In this document: positions 34,035 to 45,390 of the stretch, in pieces | Position numbering within the stretch: the stretch's first letter is position 1 | How the letters are laid out: each line of letters starts with the position of its first letter | Notes under the pieces: generated by a model | The model's database searches: none | Seen by the model: only the letters and a program-made list of their open reading frames with translations | Told to the model about the DNA's origin: nothing | Translations under genes and position numbers: made by a program | Origin: Cyanophora paradoxa CCMP329 | Lineage: Eukaryota > Plantae > Glaucophyta | NCBI GenBank assembly: GCA_004431415.1 | Contig: QPMI01000047.1 | Coordinates: forward strand, 181,367 to 245,366 | Direction: 5' to 3' | Length of the DNA stretch: 64,000 bases

Positions 34035-36749
34035 ATGATGCGGTTCGGGTCTCGACTCCTCCTTCCCCTGGGTGCGTTTCTAAGATTGCCATGGAAAGGC
34101 CTTGGCGTCTCTCTTACGTAAGAACCCTGCGGTGCCCTGCACAGCCCTCTTGGCAGCAATCGCGAGCGCATCTGCTGCAAGCGTTCTTAGTGAGGAGGCG
34201 TTGAGCGTCAACGTTCATCTCGAAAGAACTATTTCAGCGGGCGATGTCGCCGTGTACAGCTTCTCCGTTCCAAGCAACCTTCGCAAGGTAGTCAACGTGT
34301 ACATACAAAACATCTTTACGGTGCTTCTGCGCATGCGCATGCGTTCATATCTTAATATGGCGCCGCGGCGCGTCCGCGGCCGTCTGAATGCTTCTTGAAT
34401 CTGCAGGCTATCCCAGATGACTTTGAGTATGATGTGAGCACTCTCACGTCCGACGGCATTTCAACTGGACGCCCTCATGGCGGAGTCGGGACGTGCAAAG
34501 GAACCTCCTGCTACGACGGGCCGCGGAAAACAATCAACTTCTGTGACGGTCAGCGTGTTTTCCGAAGCGCTCTAAATCTGATATATATATCGATCGCAAA
34601 CTATCAGACGAATTCCTAATCTAGATCTTTCGACCATCGGGCGCAGGATGGAATGCGCAGCTGGGCGAAGTCAAAGTTCAGTTCCGGATCAAGAACACGA
34701 ATAACTACTTGAACGCCAAATTCAAAGTCTGGGCAGCCTACCAGGCCTGCCGTGCGCACGATCATTTAAGTGGATGCGTTTCATCTTAGACGACAATATT
34801 TAATATGCGTATATATATATGTATCGCTGCATGTACGTATATACGCGCTGACGGTTCGACGATCGCGAACTCGATACAGAGTGCCCCAAGCGGGCTTACC
34901 TGCGGGATAAGCTGCAGATGAGCGCCTGGTGTGCAGGGGGCCTAGCCAATCCAGATTGGTACCCGGACCCGATCACTGGCGTGTCCCTCGAAGATATCTC
35001 TGGTGGTTGCTTAACGGTCGGCGGAAAACAAGTGTGCGAGCCTCAAGGAGGTCTGGTTTGCAGCACAGGCGAGCGCTGCCCTCTGGGTACGAATACGTAT
35101 GCGCCGATCGCGACGTGAAACAACGCTAATTATATATATAATTTTTATGTATATAGTAATCACAATGAAAATCGTCAGATGACCCCAATATGACGCTCGC
35201 TCCTCCTTCAAGTTCAAATCTGGCGCCAACCCCCACACCAAACAAAGGCGCCGGCGCCAGCGCCGGTTCTTGTAAGCAGAGCTGCAGCTGCGATTGCTAT
35301 TAAGTTTGCTGCATACTAACTTGCAATTGGAGCAGACACAGTCCCAAGCGGCGTGAACAGCAACCCGTCGGCGCAAGTATGTGGATCTTTTTCTTTTTCC
35401 TTTTCCCGTACATGTCGGACGATTTTAGGTTGGTTGCTCAACTTCCATTTTTCTCAGAAACCTCTCAATTGGCACCTTTATTATACCAACGCCGCCTGCA
35501 ATGACCTTGAATGGCCTGTAACTTGCAAGACGGGAGCTGGAGACAAGCTGTCCGCCGTATTCACAAAGAGCTGCGTGACGATTAATGGAAAAACAACCTA
35601 CTCCGGCACCTGCACTCGGACCACTGCTACGGGAGGAAAGTTGGAATACGTCTACCACATTCCGGGTGCGGATATTGATGCGCATTATAAAATATCGAGA
35701 TCGATATCGATGCGAAATGTTTTTTAAATATTTTTCTGACACCGAGTGCGGGTAGCCACGATTACGATGACTCTGTCGGGCGTGTACAGCGACTTCGTAG
35801 CGGCGTACGGATCGGAAACGAAGGCCATGGACGTCATTTACGCAGAATTCGCGAAGCAATCCGGCGGGGCGCTGTCTACCTCCCAGACCTGGAACGTGAG
35901 TACTGCACACAAGTTAGAGCTCGAGTGATGTGTGATCTTATGATTATATATTCATTCGATTACTTGAGCTGCGCGCAGATTGTCGCTATCTATGCTGGGA
36001 GCATTGTCATTACAATTGCAGCAGATGCATACGACAGTACCACCGTGACCGCTATTGAGAACACTGCGCGCGCCATCGCCGCCTCTTCCGGATTCCTCGG
36101 GCTGAAAGCAACGCTTTCTTCCGACAACGCCGAGCGTCCCGCTTGGACGATTGCAACAACGGCCAATAAGCCGACAGACCAGGCTCCGAGCTCGAGCAAC
36201 AACCCCAGCTCAAGCGGCAGTTCAAGTAAGCGTCTCCATCGATATCAGTACTAGTAGTACTATATATATAGCTAGTTGCGGTATTGATTGCACTGCTTAT
36301 TAATATTACTTCCCTGCAGACACAGTTGCCCTCGCTGCAGGCATCGGCGGCGGCGTTGGAGGGTGCGCTCTGTTGCTTTGATAAAACAGACTCTGAGAGC
36401 CTTTAGAGATTAGCCGCTGAGCTTCGCGATCGCAAGCTCGCTGACCATGATGCAATATTGCAGGGCGGTGCTCCTCGCTGCCATCGGCACGACGGTGTAC
36501 TGCATGAAGCGCAAGCGGCACAATCGCAACGTGTCCACGGGACGGCAGGCCAGCGCCACTAGTACTGGCCCCGCACTGCACGCCGGCAATGATTTCGCGA
36601 AGCCCGTCTCCGTTCAAAACGTCTCCATTGCCGTCGCCGACGATGCGTACGGCGACGTCCAGAAGCCGGCTCAGCTTGTCTCGAGCTCGCAGCCTGCAGC
36701 CTATGCGCCGTCTGCGCCTCCCGCAGTTAACGTTGCTGCCCATGTTTAA
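34035..36749 (+). CDS. Type-I membrane glycoprotein with Cys-rich ectodomain and SEA-like juxtamembrane module
   Basis: Signal peptide MMRFGSRLLLPL|ALLAAIASASA; Cys-rich exons; ITMTLSG..|IVAIYAGSIVITI (SEA-type GSxV motif); Ser/Pro stalk; TM VALAAGIGGGVGG|AVLLAAIGTTVYC then KRKR; stop at 36749. Confidence 0.7.
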
Positions 36750-37515
36750 AATAAGCAAGTGAATAATTTATTAACTGTAATTCGAAAATTGAAATTGATC
36801 ATGATTCACTAAGTACACGAATATACACTTCATGTACATGCACAGCCGCTGTCGCCCGTTGAATCAAAGGAGCGCCAGCAGTATAGGAGGATCCGGACTC
36901 GCGGCCAGGGGGGCCAGGGGCCAGGGGCTCCGGTCCGGACTCCGGATCCGGCTCCGATCCCGGATCCCGGAGCTCGAGAGGGGAAGAGGAAGCGCGTGAT
37001 TGTCTTGTCTTGTCCGAATATTAATCGCAATCGAGCCTGCAAATGTGCATGCAGCCCGCATCAATGCATGCAGCCCCTGTTCCCAGCGCTGCCCCCCCGC
37101 GCGCTCCCCCGGCCCTCCCCGCTCCATCGTGGAATACACAATATACTCGCTTCCATATATGCATAAACTATATATACTGTCTGATGGTCGCTGACTCAGT
37201 GATCATGAAGGAAATGAGGCGGAAATTGATATTCCAAGCTATAGTAACAGTGACGTAGACGTAAGAAAGAGCCAAATTAAAATACAACTCATGATCAGGA
37301 GTCATGATTATGACACTACTCATGATTAAAACTCATATGCACGATTAATTATAAAGAAGAAGCGTCCTGGCAGAGAAACTGGCGGCCATAGGGCTTCCGG
37401 CACCGAATCTAGATACGATGCTCCCGCTCAGCTGCGCGCGCGGCTCCCGCTTCCGGCCCGGCACCGATGGGTGGGCAGGGCGAGTGCCCGGTCGCCTCCC
37501 CGACGCTCGAGCTCA

Positions 37516-37582
37516 GGGGTAACTTCACTAATAGCTCAGTGGTGGAGCGCATCGTTCGCATCGATATGGATGATGTTCAATC
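37516..37582 (+). pseudogene. Decayed tRNA-Ala(CGC) copy
   Basis: ggggtaa[insert]tagctcagtggtggagcgcatcgttcgcatcgat matches the 5' two-thirds of the tRNA at 39310; T-arm is disrupted and the 3' acceptor strand is missing. Confidence 0.8.
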
Positions 37583-37620
37583 ATTTATTATAGGTTCTTC
37601 GGGGTCTGGGCAGGGCCGGG

Positions 37621-39006
37621 CTACCCCTGGTGCGGCTCGAACTTGCCCAGCAAGGTCGAGGCCATGCTGCGATCGCGAGGGGGGGGGGGGGGGGGGGGGC
37701 GGAGGGTCGGCCGAGCCCTGGAGAGGGGGGGGGGAAGGGGGGGGGGCGCCGGCGCAGGGGGCGTACCCGTCGGAGCAAGGGACGGGGAGGCACGCCATGC
37801 AGGCGACCGTGCCCGATTTGGAACCGTCGCGGTACCTGTACCCCCCGCCCGCCGTGAGCCCCGAGCTCGGGGGAGGGGAGGGGCGGGGCGGCGCGCCGGT
37901 GCTTGGGGCTGGGGGCGGTGAGCGCGTGCAGGACGTGCTCGGCGATGAGGGCGGGCGGCGAGGCGTCCCGCCTGCGCCAGTGCATCAGCGCCCAGCTCCG
38001 CCGCACGCTCTCCTCGTAGGGGCCGCTCCGCTCCACCGACTGCGGCGCCCGCGGCCGGGCTCGGCCTCAGCCGCACCGCCGCGCTGCGCCGCCCAGCGCG
38101 GGCAGGGGCCCGGGGAGGCGCGCCTTTTTTATTCTGCCGTTCGAGACTTCTCCTTCGGTGATGCTCGAGTTGATGCAGCCCTGCCCGCGCTCGCTCGCGC
38201 TCAGAAGCCGGCGGGCGGGGCGCCGGGCCGGGGCCGGGGCGCGCACGGGCTGGATGATGGAGACGTGGGCGCCGAAGGGCGCCAGCTCCTGCCGCAGGCT
38301 GTCCCCGATCGCCTCCACCGCGAACTTCGTCGCAGAGTAGACGCCTAAAAAGGCTGAGGATAGGATGCCAGCCACTGCGCCGGACCCGCCCCGGCCCGCG
38401 ACCGCCACTCGGATCCGCAGCCGGCGCGCGCGCGGGCCAGCTGCAGGACGGACCGGATCCCATGAGCACGACGCGGCCCTTCGTCTCGCGGACCATCGGC
38501 AGCAGCGCTTTCGTCACCGCGACCAGCCCGAACACGTTCACTGGCACCCGCTTAGCTCGCGGCCCGTCACCGCGGCCGGCGGCGGCGCAGCGGCGAAGCG
38601 CACCTTCGAACACCTGACGGATCTCTTCAGTGGGGATCGTCTCCCAGGGCCCGAGCAGCGTGATGCCAGCGTTGCACACGACGCCGACGCGGCCGCCCTT
38701 CGAGACGGCCGCGACCTTCGCCGGCAGCTCGCGTACGTGCTGCCGCCCGTTCTAAGGCGGAGCGCGCGTGTGCGGCGCGCGGCGCGAGCGGACCTGCTCG
38801 TTTGTGACGTCGAGGATGATGGGGCGCAGGCGGGGCGAGCCGCGAGCCGCGAGGCGGTCGGCGTCGGCCTGCTTGCGGACGCCGGCCAGCACCTCGAAGC
38901 CCGCGGCGTCCAGCGCCAAGGCCGTCGCCTCCCCGATCCCGCTCGAGCAACCCGTCACGACGACCGTGTACGGCGCCTCGAGCTCCCGCGACGACCCGAG
39001 GCCCAT
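37621..39006 (-). CDS. Classical short-chain dehydrogenase/reductase (retinol/17beta-HSD-like)
   Basis: TGCSSGIG, LDVT, VCNAGI, VNVFG, GRVVLMGS, catalytic YSATK, SLRQELAPFGAHVSIIQP; multi-exon. Confidence 0.92.
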
Positions 39007-39309
39007 GATGATGCTAACTGTAGCGCTGTCACCCGAGGCGAGGTTAGCGCTGCAAGAGGCGGGCCGCGGGCTGCGCAGCCTGCGCTTGCACTTGCATGGG
39101 AGGGCGAGCTGCGGGCTGCGGGCTCTTTCGCTGCGCTAGCGCTGCGAGCGGCCGGCTGCCTGTTCGACCGGGAGAGTGCGGCGGCACTGCGGCCTAGGCC
39201 TGCGATGAGGTGATGGGTGAGTTGGAGCTCGAGGGTTCCCGGTGGTTGGTTGTTCGGCAAGCCCTCGGCAAGCCGCAACGGATGCCTTATCCTGACCTCG
39301 TTTTCCATC

Positions 39310-39381
39310 GGGGTAATAGCTCAGTGGTAGAGCGCATCGTTCGCATCGATGAGGCCCGGGGTTCAATCCCCCGTTGCTCCA
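39310..39381 (+). tRNA. trnA-CGC: tRNA-Ala (anticodon CGC)
   Basis: Cloverleaf: acceptor GGGGTAA/TTGCTCC with G3:U70, D-arm GCTC..GAGC, anticodon arm CATCG-TTCGCAT-CGATG, T-arm CGGGG-TTCAATC-CCCCG region, discriminator A. Confidence 0.95.
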
Positions 39382-39572
39382 TTGTTGCCGCCCTCGGCGG
39401 CGGCCTTATTGCCGCCCTCTGCCACTCTCTTCCCATCGGCCTGGTCTCGGACCGCCAGGGAAAAGCGCGCCGATGCCGTCCCGTCGCCCTGCGCCGCGGC
39501 AATGCCGACGCAAGCCGACTGTGCGGGGTACGGCTTGCGAGTCGGCTAGCCATCGAGCCGAGATCTATAGCT

Positions 39573-41620
39573 ATGGCGTTCGTTAGCTGCCAGCCGCTGG
39601 CACGCGTGGGGAGCGCGAGCACGCCGCAGCGCTCCCAGCGTGCTTCATGCGATGCGGCCGCGGGCCTCCGCTCGGAGTTCGCCGGCGCGCGTGTGGCCCG
39701 GCGGACGTTCGTGCTGGACCTGGCGGCGTGCAGGCCCCGGCACTTCGTAGTCGATGCGGCGCTGGAGAGGAAGAAGGTGAAGAAGAACGAGGAGATCCCG
39801 CAGGAAATCGTGCTGCCCGACCGCTCCTCGGGCCCCTCCACACAGTACGCGCGCCCTCGCCGCCCGGGCCCCGTCGCAGCGTTCCGCGCAATCGCATGCG
39901 TGCGCGGGTCGCTGAGGCGGTCGGCTCGCCGCGCAGGCCGCCGCGGACGGAGTTCAAGGTGCTGCCGCGGTCGGCGGTGGTGGGCGAGGAGACGGAGGAG
40001 GAGCTGGCCGAGCTGGCGCGCAAGAAGAAGAAGGAGGACGAGGAGGGCACACCGCTCGCGTACCGCATCGGCGGCGCCATCATCGGCTTCTGCCTCATCG
40101 CCTCGTCGCTCGGCCCGGGCCTCTCGGGCTTTGGCGGCTCCAAGAGCAACGACCCCGCGACGCTCGAGAAGTCCGAGATGAGATGGTGCACGGCGCCCCG
40201 TCCTTCTCCCCCTTCCCCTCCGCCTTGCCAACGAACGGGGCGGGGGGCGGCGGCAGGGCGGAGATCGTGGAGAAGGACCCGCGGGACAGCACGGCGCTGC
40301 GCACGCTCATCAACACGAAGGTCCAGCTCAAGAAGGTCGAAGAGGCCATGCCGCTCCTCGACAGGCGAGCGCGGCGCGGCGGCCTCCGCTTCGCAGTGTA
40401 GCCCCCCCTTCGTTCTTTCTGAGCGGCGGCGGCGGGGCGGGGTACAGGCTGGCGGCGCTGGACCCCGATGACGCGGAGGTCGCCGACTACCACGCGCTTC
40501 TCCTCGCCACCCGCGTCCGCTCCCTCCCCCCCCCCCCCCCCCCCCCCCCTCTTTCCCCCCTTCCCGCCCGCTCAAGCGCTCACTCTTTCTTCTCCGCAGG
40601 GCGACGACATCGCGGGCCTCCGCCGCCTCGAGCAGTACCTCCAGGTGCGGCTTACCCCCCTCCCCTCCCCCCCCACCGTCCGAGAGCTGCGGTACCCCCC
40701 TCGGGCCGCCCACCCACCGCGGCCACGCAGCGCAACCCCTTCGACACGAACATGCTCCAGAAGGTCGAGATTGAGCTCCAGGTCCGCGCTCGACCCCGTA
40801 CTCCGACGCCCGCTTCCCCCCCCCCCCCGTCCAACCGGGAGGGGTACAGGGCACGGGGCGGACGGGGGAGGCGGTGAAGCTCGCGGAGCGTACGGTGGCG
40901 CTGCTGGCGGACCCGAAGGATTCCGCCGCCCTCGCCGCCCTCAACGCCTTCTACAGCGACGCCGTGCGCCGTACCCCCCTCCGAACAAACGCGTACCCCC
41001 TCCTCCGGTCCGACGCGGGGCGGATCGCGGGGCAGGGCGTGGCGCCGCTGGGGCAGCCGAAGGAGCTGAAGCGGCCGACGGCGGACCAGAAGCTGCAGGT
41101 GCGGCTGATCCTGGGCCAGGTCTACGTCTCCGACGGCGGTGCGCGCCCCGGTTTCTCCCATTCTCGCCCCGCCGCGTGTTCCGCGGCTCAAGTCCCGAGC
41201 AGACTTCGACAAGGCCATCGAAACCTTCGAGAAGCTGACCAAGGTCCGTCCGGTCCCTCGCCGCTGCGGGCTGCTGCTGTACCCACCCGCCCGCCCGCAC
41301 CCCTCACGCCCGTACCCCAGGATTTCCCGAAGGACTTCCGTGCCTTCATCGCGCTGGGCTCCTCCATCGAGCTCTCCAGGCCGGGGGACGCCGCCGCCCG
41401 CGCCGAGGCCCAGGCGCGCACGGCAGCTTCTTCTCATATCACGCTTCTCTTACTATAGCTGGCTCTCTTAGGCTGTTTTAGGCTGATATTAAGCCCCCTA
41501 GAGTTTTGCCTCTCTGTCGACGTCTGACCCGCGCTCCTTCCCCCTCGGCAGGTGCTGTACCAGCAGGCGCGCGTGCTGAACCCCAAGGAGGTCGACAAGA
41601 TGTTCGCCCCGGACAACTAG
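39573..41620 (+). CDS. Plastid-targeted membrane-anchored TPR protein (SLOW GREEN1 / cyanobacterial TPR-like)
   Basis: MAFVSCQP.. transit peptide; TM IGGAIIGFCLIASSLG; TPR helices EKDPRDSTALRTL..EEAMPLLDR, LILGQVYVSDG|DFDKAIETFEKLTK|DFPKDFRAFIALG. Confidence 0.75.
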
Positions 41621-41811
41621 CCGGCCGCATGCGCAGCGCCCGCGCTGCTCTTTCACGCCGCCGCTTGTTCTCCATGCAAACGTTGACGGGAGCGCTGGTT
41701 GATCTTACGGTGCCAGGGGTGGGCTAGCTAGCTAACTACATGGCAACTAGCGACGGCCGCGGCCGCGGGCGCTGCGCTGTGAAACTTGAAAGGGGCGGCC
41801 TCCGAATGATC

Positions 41812-44757
41812 TCAGCTCAGGAGCGGACGAGGCAGAAGACAACGTGGGCCTCCCCCTTCCCCGCGTTCACCAGCTCGTAGTCCGCCCCTGGGGGGGAACG
41901 AATGAGCTCGGGGCGGGGGGGGGGGTACGTGGACGCGGGAGCGCACCGGGCTTGAAGAAGGCCCAGTCGCCCTCGTCGAGGGGCAGGCGGAGCGGCCCCT
42001 CCCGCGCCTCCACGCGCCCGCTCTTGACGAAAAAAACCTAAGAAGAGTCAGAAACAAAGAAATAAAGCCGGAGCTTAAGCTTAAGATGGGGAGCTTAAGG
42101 TGAAGAACCTGCGTGTGGCGGGAGGAGGCGACGGCGCTCCCGGCGCCCTCCCCGAGGAAAAGCACCCCGCTGCAGGCTCAGATCAGATCGGGTCGGATCA
42201 GATCAGATCAGATCAGATCGGTGGGTTCTGGATACGGCACCTCTGCCAGCGCTTCATCTGGTAGGCCTTGCGAACGACGAAGTCGCCCGGGCGGACGACG
42301 GCGGGCGCCGGGGCGTCGGCGGCGGCCGCCCAGGGGTCCGTCTGTACCCCTCGGGTGCGGGTGCGCGCCGCCGTGCGGGGGGGCGGCTGCCGCGGGGCGG
42401 GGAAGGCGGTGAGCGCCGAGACGCGCCGCGGGGGCGTCGGGGGCTCCTCTGCAGCGGCAAGGGCAACTCGTGATCAGCGACTCGATGACTGCGCGAGACG
42501 CGCGTTCTTACCTTCGGCGTCCGTCTCCGCGTCTGCCGAGGCGACCTCTTCGGCCTCGGATCCAGCCGCCGGAGCCGCGGAGGCGCGGGCGGGGCGGCCG
42601 CGGGGCGGCGCGGCGGCCTCGGGGACCCCCTCGGGCGCGGCGGGCGTCTCGACCTCCGCGGCGTCGAATCCCGGCGGCGCCGGCGGGCTCTGCTCGGAGG
42701 GCGCTCAGGGCCAGCGGAGTGCAGGCGCGCGCAAGGAGGGTACCGCGAAGACGAGCTCCTCCAGGTGGGCCTCCGGGGTACCCGGACCGCCGGCCTCCGG
42801 GGGGGTGCGCTTCTCGACTCCGACAACCCGCGGGACGCCTGTGCGCCAGAGCCGCGATGAGGGGAAGGGGGGGTACGGATTCCAGCGAAATGAAAGCGAT
42901 ACCCGAGTCCTTGTCGACGCCGTACACGATGCGCTCCCCGGCCCAGAACTGGAGGGGGGCGATACGGGCGCGGGAGCTCCGCCGCGGGGCGGCCCCTGCG
43001 GGCGTGGACGTACGCGTGGGCGGCCGGCATGCGAGGGCGGGGCCCCCAAGACGAACCGCGGGGCCGCTCGGGCTCGGGTACGTCGTCTGCGTCCGCGCGG
43101 CGGGGAGGGCGGCGGCCGCGGGCGGGCGGGGCTGCCTCCGGAGTCGGTTCGGGCTCGGGCGGCTGCACAGGCGCGGCCGGGCCGGGGCGGCGGCCTTGCG
43201 GGCGCGAGGGCGGGCGCGGGACGGGGCGGAGAGGGAGCGCGGGCCCGGCGCCGGCTTGGCGGCGGCGGGAGCTGCCTGGGGCTGGACGCGCCGCTTCTTG
43301 CGAGGGGGCGAAGGGAGCGGGGAGGGCGGGGCGGAGGCGGCGCGGCGAAGGCCAGCGCCGCGGGATCCAGCACCGGCGGGGCGCGTGGTGTCCGAGAAGA
43401 GGCTGCCCACCTCGTCCGCCTCGAAGGCATCCTCGCCTTCGGCGCCGCTCGTGGCGAAGCTCATCGCCTCGCTTTCCCAGTCGAAGGCCGACGAGGCGGC
43501 GCTGGGGGACGAGGCGCCCGCGCCCCGCCGCCGGTACGTGCGCCCCGCCAGGCCCCGCAGGGCGCCCAGGGGGTCGGCCGGGGGGTCCGAGAAGGGGGCG
43601 GAGGGGCGCGCGGCAGGGCCAGATGCCGGCAGGGGCGACGGCTCGAAGCCGACCTCGTCACGGGTCGGGCCGTAGGGCCGCCTCTCCGCCGCCACACTGG
43701 GACGGCTCGCCGCGGCGCCCGCGGCCCGCCGGCGCGGCGGCGGGCAGGCGGCGGCTGGGCTTAGAGGCTGCGGGGGCGGCTCGCCTTCGCTGCTGGCCTC
43801 CGCGGCGGACGAAGGGGCCGAGGAGCCGGCGACGCGCGCCGACCGGCGGACGGAGCCGCTCGGAGCTGAAGCCTTCGCGGCCGCCTTCTTCCGCGGCCGC
43901 CGCTGCTTGGGCGGGGGAGCGGCGGCGGCTGGGGCGGGCGGGGCGGGCGGGGCGGGCGCCGGAGCCCGAGAGGGCGGCTGCGCCTTCGTGGGAGTCGCCT
44001 CGGCGGGCCTCTTCCCGGCCGAAGCTGACGCCCGGCGCGAATCCGCCTGTGAAGAAGCGACGGCGGGACCCGGGGCGCGGGCTTCGGAGGCGCCCGCTGC
44101 TGCCGTCGGCGCCGAAGATACGGAACGGGAGGAGGACGGCGCAGCAGCGGAAGAGGACGACGCCTGCTCCGCCGCAGACCGTGAAGGACCCGCGGCCGCC
44201 GGCGGAACGGTTGCCTTGGCTGCGGACGCCGGACGCGCGCCTGGCGCCGGCTCGCGGCGCTGGCGCTGGAAGATGGCCGCCAGCCCAGACAGGGTCGGCT
44301 GCTGCTGCTGCTGCTGCTGCGAATGCTTGGTTTGCTGCTCAGAATGCGAATCCGAAGGAATCCTGTGCGAGCCGGCCGCGAGAGAATTTGATCCCGCGAC
44401 CGTCCCTTCCCGCGCTGAGCCCACGCCGTCCGCATTTGCTCGCTGCGCCGGAATCTGCCGCGCGCGGGCCGGAGGCTCGCTGGAAGAGCGCCTGGCAATG
44501 ACGTGCACTGTGCTCTGCTCCGCGAAAAGTACGTGCCGGTCGCCAGGAGGCCGAGCGCTCTGAGATCTCCCCGCTGCCTTGGACGATGCCGGCTTCAATG
44601 CGGCATTTCGCTGAGGCTGAGGGGCCGCCGCGGGCTTGCGCACGCCTCCCGATGCAGCGCGAAACAGGCTCGTCGCTTTCGCGCGGGCGGGAACTCTCGC
44701 TGGAGCCGTCGACGGAGAAGCGTCGAAGGCGAACGGGTCATCCTCGCTCTCCGCCAT
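41812..44757 (-). CDS. CENPC: Centromere protein C with C-terminal Mif2-type cupin
   Basis: CENP-C motif RRSSRARIAPLQFWAGERIVY; spliced C-terminus SGVLFLGEG..|VFFVKSGRVE..LDEGDWAFFKPG|..YELVNAGKGEAHVVF matches the Mif2/CENP-C cupin. Confidence 0.9.
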
Positions 44758-45390
44758 GACCGCGCTGCGCTTGCCGACGCTCGGGAAGCGCAGCGATCAA
44801 ATCTGCGATGGAGCGCCCAGAGATCTGCGCCCGGGAAGCTCAGGCGACTTCAGAGCGAGGGATGAGCCAGGAAAGACGAGAAGGGCGGTCCGCGCGCACC
44901 GAGAAAGTCCTGGCCAGCAAACGCGCGTACGCGTACCCGGACCCGCGGCCACCGGCCAGCATCGCTTCCACCGCCCCGGCGCGTTGTATCCGCTCTCCCT
45001 CGATCGAATGAATCGCGCTCTGCCGACCGCGCGCGACCTGCACGGCGCGTTGAGCTTGCGTGGGCGCGCTTGCCGCGAGGGACCCGGACGCGCATCGACG
45101 TGCTCCGAGCGAAGCCTAGCGCCGCTACCATCGTACTGCTTTGCATGACGCCACCGCCGGTGAGCTCGCAGGGCCAGCCGCGGGCTGCCAAAGTTGATCG
45201 AGCTTCCGCGCTACGCCGAGATGGAGCCGGCAAGGGCTTCGACGCACTGCACACGCCGGCACGGGCCATACCAGTCACTTTGAAGTCGCGCACGGGCGGT
45301 TGAGCACGGAAAGGCGATGCCGCAATCATCGGCGCAATGCTGCTTTGGGGTACTGGTGCAGAATCGCGTACAGCGGCCAGCGAACTCGAA

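Noticed and set aside
42178-42220. (GATCA)n tract and other short microsatellites (CAG, TAT, GCC)
   Set aside because: Ordinary simple repeats in introns or polyQ tracts.
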